64,000 nt of DNA from Podarcis pityusensis (GCA_964106645.2 OZ067053.1), one strand, 5' to 3'. Shown: positions 13,957 to 28,076, counted from the stretch's first letter. The notes: generated from the sequence alone by a model not told the origin. A program made the numbers and translations.

Positions 13957-15245
13957 GTATAGGCCATACAAAGCAAAGCTTTTGAAGAAAGGCTGTCCAG
14001 TGGCCTCTGACTTGTTTCTTTGAGCCTGTTGTGTTAGGCATCACCTTCTTGTAAGAATTAAATCCAACTATTTCAAAAGGACAAATGAATGCCCAGTTGT
14101 GTGTTACAACTCTTCATGTTGTTAGGGACAGGGGGAAGCCTTTCATTTCAGAGTTTGTTTTGTGATGGTGGTTTTTCAAATTTGTCTTATCCCTGAGCAG
14201 AGATGAAAAGTGGAACTTGTGTTTGATGCTTAGTATCTCATTGCTTTCCAGTATTGTGTCCTAATTTACTGATGCTTGTGTTCTGCTCTGTAGAGCAATC
14301 CTAGGTCAGGGTGAGCAATATTTGGAACACCTAGTGGAAAGATGGTGCAAATTTTTTGCTAAAGGATAGGAATAAAAAATTAAGTAAAGATCCTGAATAT
14401 TGCACTGCTTGATGTACGTTCTGCAAACAAACTTCTTTGAATTTTAGGATAACATTCTCAAGAGCTTCATTATAGAAGAGATCTTGAGTACACTGCTACT
14501 CAAAAGTGGCAAGATGCTTTTTTGTCCCATATGATCAATTTAAAGTACAATACTTTAGGGGAGATGGAATTCAGTTTGCTCTCCTTATGGTTTGAGAAAG
14601 AGCAATGTAGTTAACTGGGATGTATATTCATAGCACAAGATGGTGTGTTGATGATGTGTCTTTTGTCTACATTTACGAGCAACAGGGCATGACTTGAATA
14701 ATTTTATATTATTTAACATAAAATCTGTCACTTTTATCCCTCAAGCCATGTCCTGTTGCACTTCCTCTCAAGTAATTATTCAAGGAAGAACCCTCCCCAT
14801 TGAACTTGATACTGTACTTGTTTTTATGAAGTTTTATGAAGAAAGTGACTTTGTTGCATTCTTTCAGCACTGGCATTGCTAATAGCACTCAGGATATTTC
14901 TCTGTATGGGAATGCAAATTATGGAATTGATTTTAGTAGTGGAGTTAAGCACATGCACAACTCTCTCTGCTTTTGATTTACATAAAAAGGACATTGAAAG
15001 GGCTTCAATTTAGCTACACAGGCCTGTTGCAGGCATCAGGTTTACAATCTAGGAGTTTGCAACCTTTTTTTCTTTCCCCTTCTGTTATAATTAATGTAAA
15101 TTGTAAACTCCTTGGGATGGGGAATTGTATTTTGCTTATATTTTCTTAAAGAGCTTTTTACAGTGTTGTCACTAGATAAATTTATAATTTTGTACTATTA
15201 GAAAAAAATCTCAACTCAGCATTAGATTGTTGGCAGCCTTGCGTA

Positions 15246-16176
15246 TGTGGCTGGATGGTTACGTGGGAGCCGGTTGAAGTTAAATCCTTCGAAGACAGAG
15301 GTCCTCTGGCTGGGACGGGACGATATGGGATTGAGGGGGCAACTCCCATCTCTTGCGGGGGTGCAATTAGTGCCAGCACCGTCCGTTAAGAGTTTGGGTG
15401 TAATCTTCGATACCTCCCTCTCCATGGAGGCGCAGATTGCAGCTATAACAAAGGCGGCATTTTTTCATCTCCGCCAAGCTAAGCAGTTGGCTCCTTACCT
15501 CTCTCGCCCTGACCTAGCCACTGTGATCCACGCGACGGTCACCTCCAGACTGGATTATTGTAACTCGCTCTACGTGGGGCTGCCCCTGAGACTGACCCAG
15601 AAACTCCAGCGGGTGCAGAATGCCGCAGCGAGACTCCTTACGGGGTCTTCGCTGCGGGATCACATTCATCCGGTGCTATACCAGCTGCACTGGCTCCCGG
15701 TGGAGTACAGGATCAGGTTTAAGGTGCTGGTTTTAACCTTCAAAGCCCTATACGGCCTAGGACCCTCGTATCTACGGGACCGCCTCTCCTGGTATGCCCC
15801 ACAGAGGAACTTACGGTCTTCAAATAAAAACATCTTGAAGGTCCCAGGCCTCAGAGAGGTTAGGCTGGCCTCAACTAGAGCCAGGGCTTTTTCGGCTGCG
15901 GCTCCAACCTGGTGGAACGCTCTGTCACAAGAGACAAGGGCCCTCCAGGACTTGACATCTTTCCGCAGGGCCTGCAAGACAGAGCTGTTCCACCAGGCCT
16001 TTGGTCAGGGCGCAGCCTGACTCCCTCCTTTGGCAATCTTTACAATACTTTAGTTTATGGTTGCCATCAATTTTGATTTTAATTAATTCTTTGATGTTTT
16101 TATAATGTTGCACTATTTTAGTGTTGTTAGCCGCCCTGAGCCCGGCTTCGGCTGGGGAGGGCGGGATATAAATAAA

Positions 16177-16213
<37 letters not shown>
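15246..16213 (+). mobile_element. Young 5'-truncated L2-clade LINE: uninterrupted ORF2 C-terminus (257 aa), 3' UTR and (TTA)n tail
   Basis: Motifs LKLNPSKTE, VTSRLDYCNSLY, LQRVQNAAARL, LHWLPV, RAFSAAAPTWWNAL; stop at 16018-16020; 3' hairpin then (TTA)n; CpG-rich. Confidence 0.93.
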
Positions 16214-16534
16214 TAGCTTTGTTTGAAATGCTCTGTGAAAGATAGGAGTATTCTGGTTATCATAAAGTGGCTTAGAAACATAGCTGCAAGCAAGATGTCT
16301 GGAGGAAGTGGTTACAATTATTGCATAATTGGTTGCGTTACTCTACAAATATTAGTTGTAGAAATCAATAATGCTTAGATGTGTAAATAGCATGTACAGC
16401 TAGATGACAAACTTGAGTATACTGAATTTTAAATGCTTGTAATGTGTGTATTTTTAAAATTGCCCCCCAAAATACCCTATGGTTTTAAATTATGGGAGAG
16501 ACCTTTCATGTTTGAAAGCTCAGAAGAAGTAATA

Positions 16535-18788
16535 TGGCCCAAACACATGCAAATGGACATACTCTTGACCTAGATTTTGCCATGGAACAGGCTGGTGTGA
16601 ATCTATTGATGGATTGGGGGAGGGGGGCTTCTAGTAAGCCAATTGTCATGGATGGATCATTCTCTGATAAGACTTAGGCTGACAGTGGCACACTGTAACA
16701 GCTGGGGGACCCATTGACTTGGTCTGCCTAGACTTAATGGAATACAAAGGCTTTCTGAATGCTCTGGGAGATTTTCCAGTTGACATGACTGACACTTGGT
16801 TGAGGCTCTGGTTTCTCTTTAGAATGATGACAAGAGAAGAGTAAAATACACAAACAGGAAGGTGGACAACTGGAGTACAAGTGGCATAAATCCTGATGTG
16901 AATCTGCCTGGACACAGATGACAGCACATTATTGCTGGCAGTGGCAGCAGTGAAGAAGATATAATTTTCTGCTACCATTGCAACTTCTAGTATCTGTTCA
17001 ACAGTGTCTTTTTGAGTGATCAGTGGGTTTGTAACATCTGGATAGAAAAAGGCGATGATGTGGCAACCATTGGAGCCTACTGTGACAAATTTGCAAAACG
17101 CTAGAAGCATACAATTGCTCAGATTCACATGGCATTGGATATCACAGAGTGAGTACTGAGGAAATGTCCAGAGCTTCTAGTCAGGGTCTTTTGGATCAGT
17201 TCCATCTATTGATGAGCATGTGGACAAGCTACTTGAAGGATTTTGGACAACAACATGCCCTTCAACCTCCTCCCTTGCTTATCATAACTAATAAAAACTA
17301 GCTGGAGGAATGTGACTAGGCAAGTCCTGGGTGCGGTGAATGCCTTGCTATGGGTAGGGGGAGGTACCATTGGCCCTTAAGGAAGCAGTGGTGCATCCCC
17401 TTCTCAAGAGGATCTTCCTGGACTCACAGGTGATCGCCTAATAACCAGTATCCCCCTTTTTTGCAAGGTGTTCAAGAGGATAGTGATGGTTCAACAGCAG
17501 ACATGTTTGGAGGAAGCTGATTTTCCTGACTCAATCTTGCTTTAGGCCTGGATAGGGCACTAAAATTGCCTTGGTTGTCCTGATTCATTATGTTTGTCAG
17601 GAGAGGGATGGGGAAGTGCAACCTTGTTTGTTTTGCTTGATCCCTCAGGAACTTTTGATACCATTGACCATGATACCCTCCTCTAGAGCCTTTGAAGGTT
17701 GGAAGTTAGGGGCACTGTGTTTTAGAGATTTCATTCCTACCTCCAAGGCCTATTTCAGAGAGTAACAGTGGGAGACTCTTGCTTAGTTCCTTGAGTTCTC
17801 ATGTCAGTCTTTTCCCTCTTGCTCTAACATCTATATGAAGCCATTGGGATATATCGTCAAGGGCTTTGGAGTGAGGTGCCATCAGTATGCCAATGCCATC
17901 TAGCTCTAGCTTTCTATTCCACCTGAATCAGGAGGGGCAGTTCAGATGCTGGACCATTGCGTGCAGGCAGTAATGGGCTGTATGTGGACCAGGAAATTGA
18001 AACAATCCAGGTAACTTGGAGGTACTGTGTGTTGCAGATTATTGAATCTGGGAAGAAGGGAGATGGGTGGTTCTGGATGGGATTGCATTGCCGTGGAAGA
18101 AACAGGCTCACATTTGACCCATCTATGTCATTTGAGGCCCAGGAAGCCTTGGTGGCTAGGAGTGCCTTTTCTAGCTGATTCACCAGCTATAGCTGTTCCC
18201 GCACAAGAATAGCCTGGCTACTGTGATCCATGCTCTTGTAACTTCCAGACTGTACTGTTGCTATGCATTCCATGTGGGACTGCCATTGAAGACTATTCAG
18301 AAGCAGCAACTAGTGCAGAATGTAACACCTAGTGGATATCTATGGCTGCAGACATTATGCCAGTCTGAAAAATTATGCACTGGTTTCCCGTCCGCTAACA
18401 AGATGAATTTAAGGTGTTAATACTGACACAGACCCTAAACGATTTGGAGCCCAACCATTTGAAGAAGTGCCTCCTCCCACATAGACATGCCTGGGTGTTA
18501 AGATAAGTAGGTGAGGCCCTGATAGCAGCACTACCACCTTTTGTATTTTAAGGGGTAGGGGTGAGTGAGAGGGGTACCTTGCACATCATTGTATGGCTTT
18601 TGATGATTAGTCAAGGTGCACCAAGGCCTTCAGTTGAGTGGATGTTTCTGTGTTACTGGTCTATGTGGGTGTTTACTTTATTTTGTCTTTGGTTACTTTT
18701 TGTAGTTTTTATTGATTACCTTAATGTAAATGCAGTTTTAATTGGGATATTTTTGTAGCCCATTCTGGGAAGGGGAGGCTATAAGCAC

Positions 18789-18819
<31 letters not shown>

Positions 18820-18822
18820 ATA
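16535..18822 (+). mobile_element. Old degraded L2-clade LINE (endonuclease end, RT, C-terminus) with (AAAT)n tail
   Basis: Residual motifs HANGHTLDL (~16546-16572), FRPG (~17540), FDTIDHD (~17655), QYA (~17883), IHALVTSRL (18226); many stops and frameshifts. Confidence 0.85.
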
Positions 18823-20272
18823 GATTGCAAGAGAAATTTTGCTTTTCTACCTCCTTCCCCCCAGCTCTAAAGTTAATGTAGCTATTAAAATAGCTTCCAT
18901 TTCAGGAACCCATTTCTGCTGCTACACTCAAATGAAAAGCATTTTGAAGTTTACAGGATAATTAGACTGTAAGTGTCTGAAAAAATTGTAGGCATTTCAA
19001 TCAACAGTTTTCCCAATTGTTGTGCTCTCCTTATAATCTAATGCATGGTTAGCACAAGACAAAAACTCTGCATGTCTATCGCAGCTGGAATGTTGCAAAG
19101 GAGGGAAGGTATTTATTTTCTTAAGTCTATTTTGGTTTTGTTTTAAAATTTTCCTCCTCCTTTACTTTTAAATGGCACTTTTCCATTCTCCTTGAATATT
19201 CTTTAACCCTGGAAAGATAACAGCTACCTTCCTATTACGCCACATACCCCTTCTTCTGCTTTCACTATTTTTGGGAGGAACTAGTAAATTTGACTTGCCT
19301 AAGCTTAATGCTAGCTTCTAAACTGATTTTATGAGCTCTGATTCTAGATCACATCTCATACTAATGGAATCATAATCTACAATGTGGGTAGAACTAGCTT
19401 TTAAATGCTAGTTGTGCAAAAATGAAACAGTTGTTGATGTGTGGTAAATGACAGGACCATGTATAGGCAGAATTAAGTTGATGTATTTGGAAAAATCTGG
19501 TTGTGCTTCCTCAAGGTAGTAGAATTACTGTTTTTGTTTTTCCTGTTATTCCTGATAAGTATTCAGATATATACATTGTTTATTTTTTTAGTGTGTTAAT
19601 CAAAAATGTATGATCTTAAAGTGGGGTGGGGAACTGGATCTGGCCAGTGGTGGGTCAAATCCTTATTTCCTTCACTCTACCCCCAGCAACAGGCAAACTT
19701 TGACAAGTGGGAAAGTTTTCCTTTCCTGCATGGTTTGAAATAAAAACTGATGTGGATAAAAGCACATGGTGTTAGTTGCAGGTGTTCGTGATCAGCTGAT
19801 TGTCAGCCCTTGGAAAACCCTATGCCATGATGGTCAGCAGTTGCAAAGCGCTGTGCTTCCCCAGTAGCACTAGAGAGTTTTCCTTTGGGGCTTGTTAGCA
19901 CTGTCTGAAAGTACCATTTGCAGATCAACACTTGGGCACTCAGTTTACAAACCCAGTTGCTCAAGCCATGTCTTTACCTGCCCAGGGGGACACATCCTGA
20001 CCTAATTAAACCTGCCAGCAAGCTGTTCCCAATCCATGGGCTAGATGGTTTCATGTTCTGATTGTACAATGCAGCTTCATATTTCTATGCAAAATGTGGA
20101 GTAGGGTGGTAAAAAAAAAAAATGGCAACGAATGCATTGTCACATCTTATTGACAAAACTACTGATTTTTGAGTGGAGTAAAACATGCACTTGTACATTT
20201 AAATGAGGGTTCTCAGCTGGGGGACATTGTTATGCTATTACTATCCTGGAGCCAGAGCAGAAGATGTATAGT

Positions 20273-20379
20273 TAGGGTTGCCATATATTCGGAATTTCCC
20301 AGACATATTCAGAATACTGCAGCCGCAAGTATACAAAACTGAAAAAGGCTCAACAACTTTTTGAAATATGGCAACCCTA
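20273..20379. mobile_element. Short hAT MITE, same family as 2365-2610, opposite orientation
   Basis: Perfect 14-bp TIR tagggttgccatat / atatggcaacccta. Confidence 0.8.
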
Positions 20380-22859
20380 ATATACTGTACTATAAGCAAT
20401 GCCAAGTCTGTCCACTTTTGATATGAAGTAGATGACCAGCGGATATACCAACATACAAACACAAATTGCTACATTTGGGAGTTGTAACATGCAACTTGGA
20501 CAATGACAAATTTACTTAAACATTTGCTGGCAAATAGAAGACAAGCACTTGACTTTAATCTTTCTCTGCTGCTTAAGCCACTACATGTGAAGTATGTATA
20601 CAGATAATGAATTTTCTCCACCTACTACAAGAGATATGTGTTACCATCTGTGGCTGCAGTTGTCAGATTGAAGTGAATAATGAATCTGGTTGGGAGTAAG
20701 ATGAAGTAAATGGATAAACAAGAATAATCCATAACACGCAACCATATAACATTTGGTTATATGTCAGTGAAGACCACCCAGGACAGGCAACAATTTGCGC
20801 ATAGTTTGTCTTCTCTGATTTTTTTAAAAAGCAGGTCACAAGACAGAATGTTCCAGAGAGCTCTGGTTAGGCTGAGGATGGTCCTCCCTTCAGGTTATAA
20901 TATAATGTTAACTACCTGCCTCTGTAAATGTTTGTGCACCCTTGAACAAATTCGTTGCAGTTCAAATTTATTGCTAGCATATGAGTGTTGCAGTGGACGT
21001 CTTTTTAAAAAAGTGTACTAGCCTACCTGCCTGCACATGTGCTAGCCATTTTGTGGCCTAAAACATCCTAAGTCACTTTAAAGATTCTCTGTCTGAATGC
21101 ATGAAGGCAGTTCTTACTTACCACAGGGAACCAGGTGAACAACATTTGCAAGCCTGTACTATGATTTAAGAACTTTAGCTATATTTTCCTAAGGCTATGT
21201 GGCCTATGCAGGGAAAACACAAGAGACAAAACATGAGGTTTGAGCTGGAAGTGGGGGAGCCATCATAAGTGATTAATTTTGAACTGACTGGGAGGGGGAA
21301 AGCATTTTGAAATCTCCCCAAAGCCTTTATCTATACAAGATAGTAGACTTGGGCAGTCAGCCACCACTTCACACATAGCCTACTAGTACAAAGTCCCTCT
21401 CAGCCAGTGCTTAATGCAAATTTGCCTGTGTGCTGCATGTGATGAGGATGCACTTTGTCGGGATATTTGCCCTGTGAAATCTTTGTCCCAGACACTGCCT
21501 GTGGGTTATTCTTTTTAGCATTTAGCATGGTGTTGTTTTTAAGTGCTGCTGTTTCCCAAGTCCTTCTTTCTTTTATATTTAACTTTCACTTGCCCTTAAA
21601 CATAGGTGGCTGAATGCCAGCTCTTCAAAATCCACTTAGCCAGTTTCCCCTTTTAAAATGAAAAATTGCCAGAATGGCTATTCTCTCAAGCCTGAGGTTT
21701 AATGAAGTGTGAAGAGAGCATTGGTTAATTCCCGCCGCCGCCCCCCCCCGAAAGCTCTACGTTACATTTTTAATAGAAGAAAGGATAAGCGTAGCCTTGT
21801 GAGCGAAGAGTTTGATAAGGTCTGGATTTTGCTGTTTTTGAACAACCAGCAACTGCCACAGACAAGGTCCTCTTGAGAGAGGCAGATATATTGGCCTACT
21901 AGATTTTGATATGAGTGAAGCCTGGGTCCAATGCTCAGCTTGCTCTAGAACAGGGGTTCTAAGTTTTTGCAGAAAACCCCCTCTTTCAATTCAATAAAAA
22001 GAAATATAGTAACTGCAGTAAGAACAATGTTTTGTGGGGTTTTTTGGCTGATGATACTCATGCTGGCTCAGTTTTGGATACCACAACAAACCATGGTTAA
22101 GGAGGGTTACGTACGGTTTGGCGTGATGTTTGAATAGAGAAACTATAGTTAGTATCTTTGCACCACAGTATCAATTGCACCACAGAATCAGGAGAGCAGA
22201 CCTGGTAAAAAATGAAAGCAGATAAGCCGCTCTTAACTATGGCTTTATGTTTATGTTTGGAAGGTTGTCATGGTTTGGTGTGTTGTGTCGTCCTAGACCC
22301 AGGACCTGAAAAAACATGATTTTGGGAATTTGTAGCATGTACTAAGTCAATTAGGGCACCACCTGCAATGTTTTTCAATCTTGGGTCCCCAGACTACAAC
22401 TCCTATCATCCATGACCATTGGCTAAACTGCATGGGGCTGATGGGAGTTGCAGCCCAACAATATCTGAAGTTTGAAGAACACCGGAGGAAGCTGTGCTCC
22501 AAGTAGAGAGGCATTCATTTTCTATATTAAATCAAGTTATATTTAAGATCAGCCCTTAGGGAATTATGACTGCTGGGACAGCTGTAAGCCCAATGTCTCA
22601 GAATGGTCCTGTTTTTCCATCTGTTAAGTAAGTCCGTGGTGTTCTCTTATTGAAAATGCCCTCGAAGTGATAGAAAAGCATTGTTCCAATATTATTAGAC
22701 TGGATAACAAAGGTGGATATTAAGACATCTTTCCCTTAAGCAATTCAATCAGATCAGGTATTTCTAATGCTCTTTTCTTGATTTTGAATAACTGGGGTTG
22801 CATTCCCCAACCTTCCAATATTAGGTTTCTTACCCTGTTTTTTTATTTAATAAACATTA

Positions 22860-23070
22860 CAGTGATACCTCAGGTTAAGTACTTAATTCGTTCCGGAGGT
22901 CCGTTCTTAACCTGAAACTGTTCTTAACCTGAAGCACCACTTTAGCTAATGGCCACGCTGCTGGAGCCCGATTTCTGTTCTTATCCTAAAGCAAAGTTCT
23001 TAACCTGAAGCACTATTTCTGGGTTAGCGGAGTGTGTAACCTGAAGCGTATGTAACCTGAGGTACCACTG
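22860..23070. mobile_element. Tc1/mariner (Tigger-like) MITE, copy 2
   Basis: TA|cagtgatacctcaggtta ... taacctgaggtaccactg|TA. Confidence 0.9.
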
Positions 23071-23821
23071 TATACTGCTCTTCAACAGAAACACTCAGGG
23101 TGGGTTACAATATAAGATTCATATATAGAGTTGCTTCAAGATGTCAGGCTGAGTATTTTTGTGAACTACAGGTTGAGTATTTATGTGATTCTGAATAAAA
23201 GCCTTTAACTTTCACAGAACTACCTTGTGGTTTCTTTGAGTGATTTGGCAAGGATCCAAAAAGCTACTTGGGACACGCCCAGTCCAATTGTCACAGAGTA
23301 AAGCTCTGTGTGTGTGTTTCTAAAGTGCTGGGCGGGGTGCGGTGGGTGGATACCAATCTTTGTCTATTATATCAACCTGTGCTGGTGTTGGTACTTTCAC
23401 TTATATGACATTTCATGAGTTCCTTTTGTGTCAAACATAACTTTGAAAATAAAACCCAGATATCACAGTAAAAACAGCAACCAACATTTTTAAAATACAA
23501 ACAATAGCATTCCAAATAACATAGTAAAAACAAGAAAATGGCATTAACTTTGTTGTCCAAGTGGAAAACAAATTAAACAAACATTTCCGACAGCAAAATA
23601 TAACCCAGGAAATAGCTTGGTGGCTCTTACTCTACAAAGGACAGATAATTCTGTAGGGTATAGGCCACTCCAGAGAAGGCCTGCTTCCTAAAATTTATAC
23701 ACCTCTTGATTGTGAGAAAACCTCTAAGTGGTTTTCAAAAAAGATAAAACAATAAAATTAGAAATAAAACAATAATCATACATGAGGCACAAATACCTTA
23801 GAAAATGGTAGCTTAGAAAAG

Positions 23822-24066
23822 GGACTTGACATCTTTCCGCAGGGCCTGCAAGACAGAGCTGTTCCACCAGGCCTTTGGCCAGGGCACAGCCTGACTCCCT
23901 CCTTCGGCAATCCTCGTGGAGCTCTGGCCCAGTGTTTGCCATTGTTTGATTTGAATTTTATAATGAATGATTTTAGGGTGTTTTGTTGTGTTGTACTGTT
24001 GTACAGTTTTATTGTTGTTAGCCGCCCTGAGCTCGGCTTCGGCTGGAGAGGGCGGGATATAAATAA

Positions 24067-24103
<37 letters not shown>
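23822..24103 (+). mobile_element. L2 LINE 3' fragment related to 15246-16213, with (TTA)n tail
   Basis: First ~90 bp nearly identical to 15948-16038; same terminal hairpin and tail. Confidence 0.92.
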
Positions 24104-24104
<1 letters not shown>

Positions 24105-25000
24105 ATGCATATGTAGATCATTGTGGTTGATCTGAAAACATAATCCTGAATCTTGTGGTACACAATCCACAGCTTGACAAGCTACAGTGGACAGTGAAGG
24201 CAGTGTTCTGCTTCTGCAGTCAGCTTCTGACTTACGTTTGATGTAGGTTAGCAGAGCATCTGTTCTGCAGTTCAATCTCACTATGCAGCTCCATGCCTCC
24301 CTGCTTCTTGGTGTTCATCAGTCTCTTTCCCTGTCTGCCCTTTAGAATTTGCTGCTGTTATAGGTTCATCAATTTGAGCAGATGAGAGATGGGCCATGAA
24401 AGGCTTAGGTATGATTTTGGTACATAAATGGTGCAGTCAGAAAACTTTTCCTTTTCAGCCTACCCACCCCTTTTCCTCTTCACTGACAAAGATGGATAAC
24501 AGAACCCTTAACAACAACAAAAAATTCCCTTGCTCCTCAAGGCCTTCCTGTGGTCCACACATTAGATTTAGGCTTAAGCTAGCTATTGTCAACTTGCCAT
24601 CTATCCAAAAACCTCTTTCCTAAAGGAAGTGTGTATTTGTCAGTGTATAAAGTGTTAAGCTTTCCAAGTCCTAATGGACCATCAAAAGTCACCTCCATCC
24701 ATACGAATCTACCTAACCCTTGAGATCTAGTGAGAATTTGCTATGCCTTCTCCCTGTCAGTGGAAGAACGGTGGGTAAATATGAGAGAATGGCCCATTCT
24801 TTGGTGGCACAGGGACAGTGGAGTGTCCTGTCTGGCCTCATTGCCTCTAACCTTTAAAAAATGATTAATATGTTTTCTGGCAGACATTGTCTGCTATACT
24901 GTTTTAATGCAGAGGTTTTACTGCTACTGTCTGTTGCAGAGTGATTTGTTTTCTGTGATGGTTTTAAAATTGATTTTTGATACATTGTGTTATTCTTATA

Positions 25001-25241
25001 CAGTGGTACCTTGGTTCTCGAACGTAATCCGTTCCGGAAGTCCATTCGACTTCTGAAATGTTCGGAAACCAAGGTGCGGCTTCCGATTGGTGCAGGCGCC
25101 CTGGAAACAGTAGCCGACAGTCGCATCAGATGTTTGGCTTTCAAAAAGTGTTTGAAAACTGGAACACTTACTTCTGGGTTTTCGGTGTTCGGGAGTCGAA
25201 ATGTTCGAGTACCAAGGTGTTCAAGAACCAAGGTTCCATTG
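25001..25241. mobile_element. Tc1/mariner (Tigger-like) MITE, second family
   Basis: TA|cagtggtaccttggttctcgaac ... gttcaagaaccaaggttccattg|TA. Confidence 0.88.
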
Positions 25242-27902
25242 TATACTACTTGGAATATATTGTTTATAAAATGGTGGAATTAAAAATGCTAAAAGTAAAA
25301 CAGGATAGTTTGAAACTCAGTCACTTGCAGCACTTCCCACTCTTTTCTGTTTTTGTTAGCTTTTGCTGTTGAGTAACACACACTATTCTGTAGCCCTTTG
25401 GCTTTTAAACTAATTTTATTAATTTTAAACGCATCAAAAAACCTTAATGAAAAATACCTGTTGGGGATTCTGAAAGAAACTGTGTTTCCTCTTTAAGTGT
25501 AAGAACTTATTTATAGATTAACAACAGAATATATTGCATGTCCTGCTAAAAGAAAATAACACAGTTAATATTGACTCAACAAATAAGTAAATTAAAGGCC
25601 CTTCAATGTGATGGGAGACTTGAGGTTTTAAGATGAATATGGATTTTAGCTATCTGGTCTTATTTTTAGAAGAGAAGCCATAGAAACATCACTTGAAAGT
25701 TGAACTCACCTTGGATACAGACTGGAAAGAAGTCATACTTTAGTTCCCTTTTGCATAAAATTGGGTGTAGGGAGGAGAAAAACGGCACATCTGTGGCCTG
25801 CATGAATCTTGTAGCCCTGAATTTCTGCTTTGCTCTCATTACCACTGATAAATGGTGGATTTTTTAATTGGATATCAATGCTTCAGTTGATTAATCAGTA
25901 GATTAAAGTGTACATTCCTAAAAGATGCCTTACAGTAATTAACTGCATCCTCTCAAGGGAAAGGCTAGTTGTCGGCTAACCTACACTTGACCTTGCTCTT
26001 AATTTAGATGAAAGCTTTGGGGACCAAAGTACAGTAGTAATTTCTGGGTGGAGTTGGAGCCACCCTGTACTGAGTTTCCACCCTGTGTTCAAATCCTGCT
26101 GGCACTTGTCTGGATCTTACCAATTTGAGCTAGACATATTTGAATTTTCTGTCATAGCTGCATTCTTTCTTTGCACTTCCTGCAAAAATGTCTGGGCTTT
26201 TATGTTGGACTATAAGTTTTTAACCTTGGTCACAATGAGCCCACCCCAGAAGTGTGGAAGAATTGACTTGAGCTATGTAACATTGAAGGAAGACCATTCA
26301 ATACCAGTGGGAACTGTGAACTTTGTCTCAGGCAGTGAATGGGCAGAGTAATAGAAAGGGCTGCAAAAACCTGTGCTGTGGTGTTGAGGTTCCAAAGGGT
26401 AGTTTTGCAAAGGTGAAGGTGTTGATCTGTTGGCTCCAGTGGTGGTCCATCGATGAGGAAAATATGCTTCCACTCAGACTATATTTCAAGGATCCAGGTT
26501 TTTCAAAGCTAGGGTTTGTCAAGACAATTCAATCCCAAAACAGTATCAAGAGTTCAGGACCCAGGAAGAATTAGGTTGGCAGCTGGAGGAATTAAGATCT
26601 ATTTCCAACCAAAATTTGTACAGCTATTCCTGTTAATAGCATCTTTTCCACAGACTTGTTTTTATGTTCTGAAAACTCTCCTGCACCATTGTCAGTACTG
26701 TTGACAAGGACTGCTTGTTGACAAGGAAGAATGGGGCAAATTCAAAACACCAGGAGAGAGAGTATATGCCTGCAGATTTAGTAATGACTGCATTAAAATA
26801 ATGAAAACAAGAGCAACCATAACTTTAGCATCCAGACATGGGAAATTTCCCCTCTAGTCTTAAGGTCAGAGATTCTGGGTTCCCTTAGGAGGAAGGGCAG
26901 AATAGAAATTGAATAAATAATGTTCCTTTGCACAATATCCAAATGACTTAAACATGAATTTATCCAGGAAATAAACCTGTGAAAACAAGCTTCCTGCTGG
27001 TGAGCAATTAAATCTCATGAAGTTTTGAAATGTTGTGATGACATTTGTGTACATGTTCAGAACCCAGTTTCCTTCCTGTTCACGTGAGTTCTCTCCTTCT
27101 GTGTTGTGTGAGGTTGCATTTTAGACTCAAATTTGACCTCCACTTTCCCTGTAGTCATCTGGGTCCTGAAGTAGCCACAGACAAATAACTTGATTAATTA
27201 TCAATACTTCATGCACAATACATCCAAACGAAATGTTGTATCATATTTTAAACCTAGTATTACCATTTCAGAACCTCTAGGGTTAAGCAAGCGAGAAAGT
27301 TCTAAACAGATAAAAGGCTTATTATTGTAGAAATGTCAATAGTGCAACAAGAGCTTATCCTTTATATAACATTTCCAGCATGAATTCTTAGCTTCTGCTT
27401 ACATTATTATATTAACTTTATAATCTTGACAAAATGGAAAGCTTTCTAGTACACATAGAAAGAGATGTGCATGTATGTGTTGAAAAAATGAAACGAAAAG
27501 GACTCATCCTCCTGACAAGTGCCACTCAGAAATCTGTTTTCTGTGCCTCTTGGCATACTTGAAGATAACAGTCTGTCTCACTCAAGTTTCAATCTGAGCC
27601 AAATGGATTCAGATTGCCTACATATGGAGAATTCATGGTAGGTAAAGGACAAAGTTGGTAGCATTGCCCTGCCTCCTAAGCTGCCTTGTGTTCTGGAAGG
27701 CTGGAAGAGTGTGCTGTTCTTGATCATTTTCTTGGTAGAAATATACAGTAAAATACTGATTTCAACTGCCTTGTTTGGGGAGCTGGAAGTGGAGAGGAGA
27801 GACTGTTCCAGCTGCTTTATAGTTCAAGAAAGGGTAAACCTTGTGTCCTTTCACAATGGGCAAATGTATTTATGTAAAAGTTTTTGTTTCAGGAGTTCCT
27901 GA

Positions 27903-28076
<174 letters not shown>

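Noticed and set aside
15247-16020. 257-aa ORF as a nested host gene
   Set aside because: It is a 5'-truncated L2 ORF2 C-terminus with a GTG start, L2 3' UTR and (TTA)n tail.
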